A stretch of DNA of 64,000 nt from an uncultured delta proteobacterium (GTDB taxonomy: Bacteria; Desulfobacterota; Binatia; UBA9968), in assembly GCA_963737905.1 (NCBI GenBank), contig CAVTUQ010000002.1:655382-719381 (forward strand). Reading direction: 5' to 3'. The notes under the pieces were generated by a model that did no database searches, was not told the DNA's origin, and saw only the letters and a program-made list of their open reading frames with translations. Shown here piece by piece: positions 10,410 through 19,657 of this stretch. A program made the position numbers and the translations under genes. The number at the start of each line of letters is the position of its first letter. Positions within the stretch are counted from its first letter, which is position 1.

Positions 10410-11192
10410 ATGTTGATAACGCTCACCACCGATTTTGGCTACGCGGACCCCTTTGTGGGGATCATGAAAGGCGTCATCTGTGGAATTAATCCGCAGGTTC
10501 GGATCGTGGACATTAGTCATGGCATACCTGCACAGGACATCCTGGCCGCCGCTCTAGCTTTGCGGTATTCGACACGATACTTTCCACCGAGGACGATCCA
10601 TGTCGTGGTGGTGGACCCCGGTGTGGGCAGTGCACGCCAGCCGTTGCTTCTAGAGTTCGAGGAAAACTATTTCATAGGGCCGGACAATGGAGTGTTGAGC
10701 CTTGCAATGGAAGGAAAGGGGCCTACACGGATCGTTCACCTATCGAATCCGAGTTATCATCTGCGGCCCACCAGCACGACCTTTCACGGACGAGATATTT
10801 TTGCCCCAACGGCTGCGTATCTCTCCCGCGGCGTTGCGCCCGAGGCTTTGGGCGAACTGACAGACCACTTCGCGAGGCTGTCATGGCCCACGGTTGTCAA
10901 AACTGAGACGAGCATGACAGGCGAGATTGTGTACAGTGACGGTTTCGGTAATCTGATTACGAACATCGGCGCGGATGATCTAAAGGAGCTATCGGGACAA
11001 CAACTTAGGATCACGCTTTGCGACCTCTCGATTCCCGGCCTGGCGGCAAATTACGCCGCAGTTGAGCGAAACAGGTATGTCGCGCTGATCAACAGTTGGG
11101 GATTATTGGAAATTGCGATTTACAAGGACAGTGCCCAGAAATGTAGCGGCGCGATCATCGGCGACAAAGTTCAGATCACCTGGGTTCCGTAG
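10410..11192 (+). CDS. SAM hydroxide adenosyltransferase / SAM hydrolase (DUF62)
   Basis: [43 protein letters not shown]. Confidence 0.92.
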   Translation: MLITLTTDFGYADPFVGIMKGVICGINPQVRIVDISHGIPAQDILAAALALRYSTRYFPPRTIHVVVVDPGVGSARQPLLLEFEENYFIGPDNGVLSLAMEGKGPTRIVHLSNPSYHLRPTSTTFHGRDIFAPTAAYLSRGVAPEALGELTDHFARLSWPTVVKTETSMTGEIVYSDGFGNLITNIGADDLKELSGQQLRITLCDLSIPGLAANYAAVERNRYVALINSWGLLEIAIYKDSAQKCSGAIIGDKVQITWVP

Positions 11193-11217
11193 GAGGAACA
11201 CCAACCGGAGGTCACTT

Positions 11218-11679
11218 ATGAGCGAACGGTTAAGCTGGGATCAATATTTCATGACCATAACGCAACAGGTCGCGGAACGTTCCACGTGTGCCCGCGCCAA
11301 GGTCGGGGCGGTTATCGTCCGGGATAAGAATATCCTCGCCACAGGCTACAACGGCGCACCGGCCGGTATGCCTCACTGTACAGACGTCGGTTGTCTCATC
11401 TATCAATCCAAAACTCCTAACGGGGAGACCGAGGAGAACTGCTTCAGAACCATCCACGCCGAGATGAATGCCATTGCCCAAGCTGCAAAGAACGGCTCAA
11501 GTATAAAAGATGCGGCTATCTATATTACCCATACCCCCTGCATTCACTGCCTCAAGGTGCTAGTCAACACCGGCATCAAGGACATTTACTACTTAAAACC
11601 TTACAAACTTCACACCTTGGACGAGTTGCTTCGCTATACCCAGGTCCATCTTTACGGAGTCGATCTCCCGGCTAAATAA
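11218..11679 (+). CDS. dCMP deaminase (ComEB family)
   Basis: SWDQYFM, RSTC, TGYNG, HAEMNAI, PCIHC; start ATG 11218 after GGAGG. Confidence 0.92.
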   Translation: MSERLSWDQYFMTITQQVAERSTCARAKVGAVIVRDKNILATGYNGAPAGMPHCTDVGCLIYQSKTPNGETEENCFRTIHAEMNAIAQAAKNGSSIKDAAIYITHTPCIHCLKVLVNTGIKDIYYLKPYKLHTLDELLRYTQVHLYGVDLPAK

Positions 11680-11708
11680 AAAGGGCGGGGTTCTTCTCCC
11701 CGCCCTTT
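11680..11708. terminator. Bidirectional intrinsic terminator
   Basis: AAAGGGCGGGG-ttcttct-CCCCGCCCTTT between convergent genes. Confidence 0.8.
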
Positions 11709-11731
11709 CGGTTTACGTTGCAATCGCGAGA

Positions 11732-12061
11732 TCAGATCCTACCGGTTAAAATAATCGCGATAACGAAGCCATAAAGTGCTAAAGCTTCCAGCAGCGCGAG
11801 AGTTAGCACTAACGGCAAGAACAGCCTATCGGCGGCGTTCGGATTGCGGCCGATGCTTTCCATCGCGGCGGCGCCCACTCGCCCCTGGCCTAGGGCTGCG
11901 CCGAAGCCGGCGACGGCGACGGCCAAACCGGCGGCAATGGCAATGGCAGCTTTGACCTGGGAATCGCCGCTCGCGGCAGCGCCTTCGGCAGCGGCTATTG
12001 CCGCGCCCGAACTAAAGAGGCTGACGCAAAGTCCGCCCAATAACACAGTTAATTTTCTCAC
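11732..12061 (-). CDS. atpE: ATP synthase Fo subunit c
   Basis: GxGxGxG-like helix, IGRNPNA loop, conserved Glu in LLEALALY. Confidence 0.95.
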   Translation of the reverse strand: MRKLTVLLGGLCVSLFSSGAAIAAAEGAAASGDSQVKAAIAIAAGLAVAVAGFGAALGQGRVGAAAMESIGRNPNAADRLFLPLVLTLALLEALALYGFVIAIILTGRI

Positions 12062-12130
12062 TCCTTCCTCCTTTCCAGCGAATCTGGCCTACCACTCCTC
12101 TGTCCTCATCCTCTCCGAGCGGCCTATCGC

Positions 12131-12922
12131 TTAATGACCTGGTTGATGTGATTCGTGTCCGTGTGCTTCATCATGTCCACTAACAGCCAAAGCGACGTAG
12201 ATCATGCTCAAAACCATGAAGACAAACGCCTGTATTAGCGATACGAGAGTTCCCATAACGTAAAAGGCAACCGGTATGACAAGTTTCGTCAGCCCAGTGA
12301 AGGCACCAATGACTTCGTGGTCTCCCATTATATTGCCAAACAGACGCAAAGAGAGCGAAACCGGCCTAAATCCGTTGGAGAACAGCTCTATGATTAAGAA
12401 AAATATGACTGAGATCAGCAGGACCGGCAGGAATGCCAGCTTTGAGAGGAATCCCTTTCCCGGGAGATAGGTCATAGGCCCTATGAACTGCTTGAAATAG
12501 GCCATTCCCTGCTCGCGCACTCCGATGAGGTTATAGCCAACGAAGGACACCAGCGCTAGGCCCAAAGTCGTGTTGAGGTTACCCGTGGGTGACCCGAATC
12601 CGGGTAGAAGCCCCATCAGATTGCTAAAGAGGATGAAGAAAAAGAAACTCGCAAAGTACGGCACATACTTCCGCCCGCCCTTTCCGATGATAGCGTCACT
12701 TTGGCGTACGATTACATACTCAAGCAACAATTCGACGATATTGCGTGCCCCTAGTTTTTCCTCGGGTACCGTGGGATCCTGGGCTCGCGCTAGCTGAGAG
12801 CGCGCACGTAAAGCAAAGAAAATAAGCAACACGGTTGCCAGGAGAGCGAAAAACGTGTGCTCTTGAAACGCTGCCTGCAACTCATGTGGCAGGAGATAGT
12901 ACCAAGTGAATCCGTGCTCCAT
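12131..12922 (-). CDS. atpB: ATP synthase Fo subunit a
   Basis: NLMGLLP, SPTGNLN, RPVSLSLRLFGN, IQAFVF. Confidence 0.96.
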   Translation of the reverse strand: MEHGFTWYYLLPHELQAAFQEHTFFALLATVLLIFFALRARSQLARAQDPTVPEEKLGARNIVELLLEYVIVRQSDAIIGKGGRKYVPYFASFFFFILFSNLMGLLPGFGSPTGNLNTTLGLALVSFVGYNLIGVREQGMAYFKQFIGPMTYLPGKGFLSKLAFLPVLLISVIFFLIIELFSNGFRPVSLSLRLFGNIMGDHEVIGAFTGLTKLVIPVAFYVMGTLVSLIQAFVFMVLSMIYVALAVSGHDEAHGHESHQPGH

Positions 12923-12925
12923 CGC

Positions 12926-13303
12926 CTATATTCCCAAGCTGGGTCTGGTTCTTATGGCCTCCACAAGAATGGCCAAAAGCAAAGTCGAAAACCCCAAAGC
13001 AAAAGATATCGCATCCAATTGGACCCGAAAGAAGAGCGTAGCCAACAAAGCTATAAAGATCGCGATCTTGACCACTAACAACCCGACACCGGCCTTGACT
13101 CTTCCTCGACTAGCCAAAGGCGTTAACACCCAGGCAACGCCATAACTCAAGAGAAGGAAGTTTATTCCCATGAACAGGCCGCCGATGAGTAATCCTTCCG
13201 GCTCGACGAACCTCCCGGGCGCGAGGGTTACCAGCAGTCCTAAAAGCATGGCAACATGCCATAACTCAATGCGGAGTATTGTCTTTTTCGAGGCGGTTTC
13301 CAT
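12926..13303 (-). CDS. atpI: ATP synthase subunit I-like membrane protein
   Basis: Four hydrophobic helices, directly upstream of atpB. Confidence 0.7.
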   Translation of the reverse strand: METASKKTILRIELWHVAMLLGLLVTLAPGRFVEPEGLLIGGLFMGINFLLLSYGVAWVLTPLASRGRVKAGVGLLVVKIAIFIALLATLFFRVQLDAISFALGFSTLLLAILVEAIRTRPSLGI

Positions 13304-13559
13304 CGGGTTTCCTGGCAAAGTACTTAAACCAGTGCACCAATCTCACAAAGGCTCCAGCGAAAGCGATTGCGCTAAGCGCGATCAAGAACCAAGGAGACGT
13401 ACCTAAATAATTGTCCAACAGGTATCCTACGAACAAGCCCCCCAGTATGGTTCCTGGAAGTTCGAGAGCAACGCCGAGATATAGAGTTGCTCGCCGTAGG
13501 AACGGAGTTTGGCTCTCTTGCTGGCGATCGGGGCGGCCCCCAACTTTCCCCACTGGCAT
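13266..13559 (-). CDS. AtpZ/AtpI family protein (ATPase gene 1)
   Basis: Two TM helices with GYLLDNYLGTSPW signature; first gene of the Fo cluster. Confidence 0.8.
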   Translation of the reverse strand: MPVGKVGGRPDRQQESQTPFLRRATLYLGVALELPGTILGGLFVGYLLDNYLGTSPWFLIALSAIAFAGAFVRLVHWFKYFARKPDGNRLEKDNTPH

Positions 13560-13587
13560 AATTTCCTATCATGAAGGTCTGGGGGGG

Positions 13588-14880
13588 TCAACTTTGGCTT
13601 TCTTCCGCCGCCCATTCATCAAAGGCCGCGATGGTCTTACGTAAGTCCGCTGCAGTATGAGCAAATGACAGGAAGGCTGCCTCAAAGGGCGCTGGAGGCA
13701 TGTAAATCCCCCGTTTCAACATGCCGTGAAAAAATCTTGCGAATTGTTCCCGGTCACACTTTCTCGCTTCGGCAGCATTCCGAACCGTACCGACACCAAA
13801 GAAAATCGTCATCATGGACCCGATCCGGTTAATCGTGGCGCGCATCCGGTATTTTCTCAATACTTTTCCGAACCCCTCTTGCAATGTCTCCCCGCGGGTC
13901 TCCAAAGCCTTATAGATTCCCGGACGCGAAAGCAATGTCAACGTCGTTAACCCGGCGGCCACGGCAAGCGGGTTACCTGAGAGTGTCCCGGCCTGGTAAA
14001 CGGGTCCCTCGGGAGCAAGTAGATCCATAATCTCTCGCCTGCCGCCAAAAGCGGCCAATGGAAGCCCTCCACCTAAAATTTTTCCCAAACAGGTTAGATC
14101 GGGTCGAATTCCATAACACCCTTGAGCACCACCGAGAGCGATGCGGAAACCCGTAATCACTTCGTCAAATATTAACAGCGCGCCGTAACTGCGCGTTATC
14201 ATTCTCAAGAACTTTAGAAATCCCGGCGACGGAGGAATAACTCCCATGTTCCCACAAATCGGTTCGACAATCACCGCCGCGATATTCTTTGCTTGACTAT
14301 TGAAGACTCTTTCCACCGAGTCAGGATCGTTAAATGTTGCGACCAGGGTTTCCCGGGCGAATCCTTTTGGGACGCCGGGACTATCAGGCAAGCCCAGTGT
14401 TGCGACTCCTGATCCGGCTTTGACTAAGAGCCCATCAACGTGGCCGTGGTAGCAGCCATCGAACTTAACGATCTTAGTCCGACCCGTATAGGCCCGCGCC
14501 AAGCGTATGGCGCTCATCGCCGCTTCTGTACCTGAACTCACCAATCGCATCTTTTGGATGGATGGAACAAGTCGACAGACAGTTTCCGCGAGTTTGACTT
14601 CCCTTTCCGTGGGCGCGCCGAGGGTCGTTCCTTTTTTCGCGACTTGTTCGAGGTGACGTAAGACGGTCTCGTTCGCATGCCCCAAAATCAACGGTCCCCA
14701 CGATCCCACAAAATCGATGTACCGCTTGCCGTCAACGTCGGTAATATGTGAGCCTTTCCCCGAGCGGAGAAATTTCGGGCCGCCGCCCACAGCTTTCCAC
14801 GCTCGTACCGGACTGTTGACGCCGCCAGGAATTCTTTCCGCAGCACGTTCGTAAAGTTGCGTTGACCTGCTCGTCGCCAT
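13588..14880 (-). CDS. hemL: Glutamate-1-semialdehyde 2,1-aminomutase
   Basis: PGGVNSPVRA, SSGTEA, GCYHGH, FDEVITGFR, GKILGGGLP, YQAGTLSGNP; start ATG 14880. Confidence 0.96.
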   Translation of the reverse strand: MATSRSTQLYERAAERIPGGVNSPVRAWKAVGGGPKFLRSGKGSHITDVDGKRYIDFVGSWGPLILGHANETVLRHLEQVAKKGTTLGAPTEREVKLAETVCRLVPSIQKMRLVSSGTEAAMSAIRLARAYTGRTKIVKFDGCYHGHVDGLLVKAGSGVATLGLPDSPGVPKGFARETLVATFNDPDSVERVFNSQAKNIAAVIVEPICGNMGVIPPSPGFLKFLRMITRSYGALLIFDEVITGFRIALGGAQGCYGIRPDLTCLGKILGGGLPLAAFGGRREIMDLLAPEGPVYQAGTLSGNPLAVAAGLTTLTLLSRPGIYKALETRGETLQEGFGKVLRKYRMRATINRIGSMMTIFFGVGTVRNAAEARKCDREQFARFFHGMLKRGIYMPPAPFEAAFLSFAHTAADLRKTIAAFDEWAAEESQS

Positions 14881-15191
14881 GAGTGAAGTTCTCGTAACAT
14901 CAGGGTTGCAGACTGTCAAGGTAACTGAAAACAACAAAGAAAAATTTTTATTCAACTTTTTTCTTGCAAACAAATCTGAAAAGGATTATGAAAATTTCTT
15001 CTGGAATCTCGTGCGATAAATTTTTGTTGCGCTCGCACTCAAGCCGATGTTCCAAAAATTTTCTACGGTACTTGTTCATAGAAGAACTGCGGAAAGTCGC
15101 TTTTAGCAAACCAAAACTATTGGCGCACAATTTTGTTGATATCTGTGTTGCTTACACGCGGTAAACGATGAATTTGACGCGTATTTTTGAG

Positions 15192-15211
15192 TTATCCACA
15201 GCTGTGGATAA
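15192..15211. promoter_or_regulatory. Pair of perfect inverted DnaA boxes upstream of dnaA (oriC left part / autoregulation)
   Basis: TTATCCACA (15192-15200) GC TGTGGATAA (15203-15211). Confidence 0.9.
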
Positions 15212-15282
15212 TATTGTTCGTAAGTCTTTGGGAGAGGGTTTCTCCAGCAACGTTTTAATCAGTTAAGAAATTGGTGTTGATC

Positions 15283-16620
15283 ATGGATGCTTTGTGGGAA
15301 GGAGCGCTCCCGGAACTTAGAGAGCAGCTCGGCAAACAAAATTTTGAAGCGTGGATCAAGCCCATCCGTTTTAATGAACAAAAAGGTAACGAAATACGGC
15401 TTGATGTTCCAAACAAGTTCTTTCGCGATTGGCTGACGGATCACTTTATGGCGTCGATCGAGCAAGTATTGAGCTCCATTGCGCGTCACGAAGTAAAGGT
15501 CAGCTTGACCGTCAACGAGAACTTGCAAACTAGAGACGGGCCGTTAAGAGGCGAAAGAAAGATCGATCGGGAGCATGACAGGCCGCCACGTACAAGCAAT
15601 AACCTCATCGCCAAATACACGTTTGAAAATTTTGTTATCGGTGCAAGCAACCAATTTGCCCACGCTGCTTCAATGGCAGTGGCTAACCAACCGGGCGAGC
15701 ATTACAACCCTCTTTTCATTTATGGTGGAGTTGGGCTGGGAAAAACTCACCTGGTTAATGCTATTGGTCACCGGGCTAGTGCTAGACGTCCAAGCCTGAA
15801 GGTTGTTTATCTGAGTTCTGAATCATTCATGAACGAGCTTATCGGCTCACTCAGAAGAGATAAGATGGATGAGTTCAAAACGAAATTCAGAAATGTCGAC
15901 CTGCTTATTTTGGATGACGTCCAATTTATTGCCGGGAAGGAGAGAACCCAGGAAGAGTTCTTTCACACCTTCAACTCTCTCTATGAGTCCCACAAGCAGA
16001 TCGTCATCACCTCGGATAAGTTTCCCAAAGAGATTCCAGGGTTAGAAGATCGACTGCGGAATCGATTTGAATGGGGGCTGATAGCGGACATTCAGCCACC
16101 GGATGTGGAAACGAGAGTCGCAATTCTGCAGAAAAAGGCCGAGACCGAAGCTGTTCAGCTGCCCCACGACGTTGCCATTTTCTTAGCCGCTAATATCGAC
16201 TCTAACGTCAGGGAGTTGGAAGGTTCTCTTACTCGCTTGGGTGCCTTCGCGTCATTGACAAAATCAATCATTACCGTCGATCTTGCAAAAGAGGTCCTAC
16301 GAAATACATTAAAGGGAGCACAACGGGAAGTCACTGTCGAAGGTATTCAAAAAACGATCTGTGATTACTACAACATAAAGCTAGGCGACCTGAAGGCGAA
16401 AAGGCGTACCAAAAACATAGCCTTCCCTAGGCAAGTGGCAATGTATCTATGTCGCAAGTATACTGAGACGTCTTTCCCGGCAATCGGCGACAAATTCGGG
16501 GGCCGCGATCATTCCACCGTAATCCACGCCTCCAAAACCATTGAGAAAAAGATAAAAGAAGACCCCTACATGCAAACAACCATCGAGAAGCTCGAGAGAA
16601 ACCTTAACGTCAAGAAATAG
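15283..16620 (+). CDS. dnaA: Chromosomal replication initiator DnaA
   Basis: YTFENFV, NPLFIYGGVGLGKTHL, QEEFFHTFN, FGGRDHSTV. Confidence 0.99.
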   Translation: MDALWEGALPELREQLGKQNFEAWIKPIRFNEQKGNEIRLDVPNKFFRDWLTDHFMASIEQVLSSIARHEVKVSLTVNENLQTRDGPLRGERKIDREHDRPPRTSNNLIAKYTFENFVIGASNQFAHAASMAVANQPGEHYNPLFIYGGVGLGKTHLVNAIGHRASARRPSLKVVYLSSESFMNELIGSLRRDKMDEFKTKFRNVDLLILDDVQFIAGKERTQEEFFHTFNSLYESHKQIVITSDKFPKEIPGLEDRLRNRFEWGLIADIQPPDVETRVAILQKKAETEAVQLPHDVAIFLAANIDSNVRELEGSLTRLGAFASLTKSIITVDLAKEVLRNTLKGAQREVTVEGIQKTICDYYNIKLGDLKAKRRTKNIAFPRQVAMYLCRKYTETSFPAIGDKFGGRDHSTVIHASKTIEKKIKEDPYMQTTIEKLERNLNVKK

Positions 16621-16830
16621 CTGTGGATATCCTGTGGCCATTTATGGCATTCTAAGTGGGCAACGTGGTTGCTAGAGCGGCCTTGACGGTCTTAGTCGCG
16701 ATACCGGGAAAAAACATCGGTGTAAGCCACAGGCAAGATTATTGAAATTTCAGCGCAATATCGACTTTTCCCGTTTATCCACAGCCTCTACTAGTACTTC
16801 TTAATTACTTTATATTATATAGTTATAGGT
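16621..16830. other. oriC unwinding region between dnaA and dnaN
   Basis: Near-consensus box TGTGGATAT at 16622. Perfect TTATCCACA at 16775-16783, followed by GCCT, trio-like CTA CTA GTA CTT CTT and an AT-rich tract. Confidence 0.85.
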
Positions 16831-16840
16831 AGGAGGTAGT

Positions 16841-17947
16841 ATGGAAATTAAAGCTAAGCGAGGAGATCTTCTCGCCACGCTTTATTGGACGCAAAGCATT
16901 GTCGAGCGTCGAAATACAATGCCTATCTTGGCAAATGTCCTGATAGAAGCTCAAAAGAACGATATCCGTATTACGGCTACTGACCTAGAAGTTGGCGTCA
17001 GAGGCCGAGTCGATGGTGAAGTCATAAAAGAGGGAACGGTCACCGTAAACGCAAAGAAGCTTTATGAGATCATTCGAGAAGTACCGAACGAGCAAGTCCA
17101 ATTGAAACGACTGGAAAATGAATGGGTAGAGATCCGGAGCGGTAAATCGGTATTCAAAATTGTTGGAATGGAGGCACGAGAGTTTCCACAATTCCCTAAG
17201 TTTGATAGCAAAGGACTATCAACGACTCCCGCATCCACCCTGCGCGAGATGATAGAGCGAACCATTTTTTCCGTCTCAACAGATGAGACCCGTTACAGTC
17301 TGAACGGTGTCTTTGTTGAAGAGAGCGAGAAGGGGAAAGTGAGAATGGTGGCAACGGATGGCCATCGTCTAGCTTTTGATGAGCGGAATTTGAGCTCGTT
17401 GGGGTTGACCAAAGGGGTGATCTTGCCACGCAAAGGGCTGGCTGAGCTTAAAAAACTCCTTGAAACTGGTGAAGATGGAGTGGTTTCCATGGGTTTTAAG
17501 GAAAACATGGGATTGGCTATCAAAGACAACGTAGAGCTATTTATGCGGCTCATTGAGGGCGACTTTCCCGATTATACAAAAGTGATCCCGAAGGGGAACC
17601 CTAACACCGTAAAGATCGTGCACAACGAGTTTTTGCAAGCGATACGCCGGGTGTCGATTTTGTCCAGTGAGCGCTACAAAGGAATCAAGCTCGAATTTAA
17701 CGAAGACAAGGTTTCAATATCTGCGAATAATCCTGATTTGGGAGAAGCGGTGGAAGAGCTGGAGGCAGAATACAAGGGGAAATCGGTGGCTATTGGATTT
17801 AATGCGCGTTATCTAATTGACGTGCTTGGGGTCTTGGGAGGGGATGGGGATATCGAGATCGAGTTGAAGGATGAGCTGAGTCCGAGCATCATTCGTAAAG
17901 CTGGAGACGACGGCTATATTTACGTGCTGATGCCTATGCGTCTTTAA
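16841..17947 (+). CDS. dnaN: DNA polymerase III beta sliding clamp
   Basis: MPILANV, ATDLE, VATDGHRLA, FPDY, GFNARYL, LMPMRL. Confidence 0.99.
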   Translation: MEIKAKRGDLLATLYWTQSIVERRNTMPILANVLIEAQKNDIRITATDLEVGVRGRVDGEVIKEGTVTVNAKKLYEIIREVPNEQVQLKRLENEWVEIRSGKSVFKIVGMEAREFPQFPKFDSKGLSTTPASTLREMIERTIFSVSTDETRYSLNGVFVEESEKGKVRMVATDGHRLAFDERNLSSLGLTKGVILPRKGLAELKKLLETGEDGVVSMGFKENMGLAIKDNVELFMRLIEGDFPDYTKVIPKGNPNTVKIVHNEFLQAIRRVSILSSERYKGIKLEFNEDKVSISANNPDLGEAVEELEAEYKGKSVAIGFNARYLIDVLGVLGGDGDIEIELKDELSPSIIRKAGDDGYIYVLMPMRL

Positions 17948-17981
17948 GAAAGTCCTTGTGAGTCATCAATCCAATGCTGCT

Positions 17982-18845
17982 TTAAGTCCGGTATCTCTGA
18001 TCTAGAGAATATTTCTCTTCAAGTCCAACGATTTCATTGAAGTCATCGAACGGCATGAGCCTGTCGAGTATCTTTGTAGTCGAGCCGTCGCGTCGCAATG
18101 TTGAATACACGTCTGTCAATGATTTAGCGACCGAGTACAACGGAGCAAGAGGCCAGACAATAAGATCGAAACCCAATTCTTTCAATTCTTGCGGGCTCAT
18201 TAGAGGGGTGACCCCGCGCTCCAGCATGTTTGCAACCAGGGGTCCAGGCACGTGACTGGCTATTTCCTTCATCTCGTCTTTACTTTCAGGCGCTTCCAAG
18301 AAAACAGCGTCGGCTCCGGCTTCCTTGAAAGCAATTCCACGGGTAATAGCTTCTGTTAAACCGAGGGCCTGACGGGAGTCCGTTCGAGCAACAATATAGA
18401 AGTCATGGTCGTTTCTCGCCTCAATCGCAGCGCGTAGTTTCTTCAACTGCTCATCCAGAGGAATCACCTGTTTTCCCTTCATATGACCGCAACGCTTGGG
18501 CCATATCTGGTCCTCTAGGAACATTCCGGCGGCACCGGCACGGATGAGGTCGTTAACGGTCCTGATGACGTTTATAGCGTTGCCATAACCCGTATCCGCG
18601 TCTACAATGACCGGAGTATCGACAACGGAGCAAATCCTTTGGGCTGCGGTAACAACTTCGGTTTGGGTGAGGAGACCGAAGTCGGGCTCACCCAGTAACG
18701 TGGCGGAAAGACTGTAGCCGGTAATAAAAATCACTTCGAAGCCCGCCCGCGCAGCAATCTTGGCACTCAATGCATCGAAGACGCCGGGCATAACCAGCTG
18801 CCCTTTTTCAGTCAAATATCGACGAACTAGCTTTGCCTTGTCCAT
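17982..18845 (-). CDS. Isocitrate lyase/PEP mutase family enzyme (PrpB-like)
   Basis: DADTGYG, EDQIWPKRCGH, ARTD. Confidence 0.9.
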   Translation of the reverse strand: MDKAKLVRRYLTEKGQLVMPGVFDALSAKIAARAGFEVIFITGYSLSATLLGEPDFGLLTQTEVVTAAQRICSVVDTPVIVDADTGYGNAINVIRTVNDLIRAGAAGMFLEDQIWPKRCGHMKGKQVIPLDEQLKKLRAAIEARNDHDFYIVARTDSRQALGLTEAITRGIAFKEAGADAVFLEAPESKDEMKEIASHVPGPLVANMLERGVTPLMSPQELKELGFDLIVWPLAPLYSVAKSLTDVYSTLRRDGSTTKILDRLMPFDDFNEIVGLEEKYSLDQRYRT

Positions 18846-18915
18846 AAGGCTCCCCCGTTAGCGAAGTTGCTGCTCATGGCTAAACGCAAGCCGAGAGCAA
18901 TGAATAGATTCGGTA

Positions 18916-19278
18916 TTATCTCCCGGGTGACCGGCCGAAACCCCGCTGATGTGTGCTGGGTTCGGGTTTGGGCGATGCACGCAAGAGTTTTGCAGACTTG
19001 AGTCCTAGGATGTCGTCCCCATAGCGCGATTTGTTCAGGTGATCGTAGCGAGCCTTGATTCTCTGACGTATTTGATGCCGCTTGGCCATGTCGTTTTTGG
19101 CCATTTTGAGTTCCTCGAGATCGAGAGAGACCGCGGTTTCATGGACGCGTAGTTTTAAGTGGAGCGTGAATCGTGTGCCTTCACTCTCACGTGCTGTGTA
19201 GTCGATTTTTTTATTGATGCTGCGAATTATGTCGCGCAAAAGCGTTTCTTCTTCCTGGTAGACACCTTTCCCAAACAT
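18916..19278 (-). CDS. Hypothetical basic protein
   Basis: GGAGGAG SD before ATG 19278; 120 aa, no recognised family. Confidence 0.65.
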   Translation of the reverse strand: MFGKGVYQEEETLLRDIIRSINKKIDYTARESEGTRFTLHLKLRVHETAVSLDLEELKMAKNDMAKRHQIRQRIKARYDHLNKSRYGDDILGLKSAKLLRASPKPEPSTHQRGFGRSPGR

Positions 19279-19301
19279 GATCTTCTCCTCCAGTAAGAAC
19301 A

Positions 19302-19475
19302 TCACAATCGCGAGCGAAATCCCTGTCGCGAAGGACCTCCGTCTCCATGGTTACGAATGTCCGTCGTGTTAAGGAATAGCTCGTCAAGAGACATTTTTCT
19401 ACCCAGCAATCCCTGCTCCTGGGAATAGTGAATCAAAGTTTCCAGGTTCTTTCGGTTGCTGTCCCCGAGATCATA
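19302..19475 (-). pseudogene. C-terminal remnant of a 4,5-dihydroxyphthalate decarboxylase-like / SBP-fold protein
   Basis: Minus-strand frame reads YDLGDSNRKNLETLIHYSQEQGLLGRKMSLDELF...; no start before the motif and an in-frame stop just upstream. Confidence 0.6.
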
Positions 19476-19657
19476 AGCGCGCGAATGATCTCATAATCTC
19501 CACATGCTAGCGTGAGGTGCACTTGCTTACCCATGGAGCCTATCTAACACGGTTTCTAAACATTGCCAATGAATCCCAGGCTATATTGAGTTACGTAACT
19601 CCGTCTGGTACGCCATTTGTGTTAAATAATCCGACCCGAGACAATAAACGGAGGTTC

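Noticed and set aside
10410-11192. Possible fluorinase/chlorinase
   Set aside because: Retains the Asp-Arg-His features ([14 protein letters not shown]) of DUF62 hydrolases, and there is no halometabolite cluster.
14881-14973. N-terminal extension of hemL in the ORF track
   Set aside because: AT-rich promoter-region sequence; homology begins at ATG 14880.
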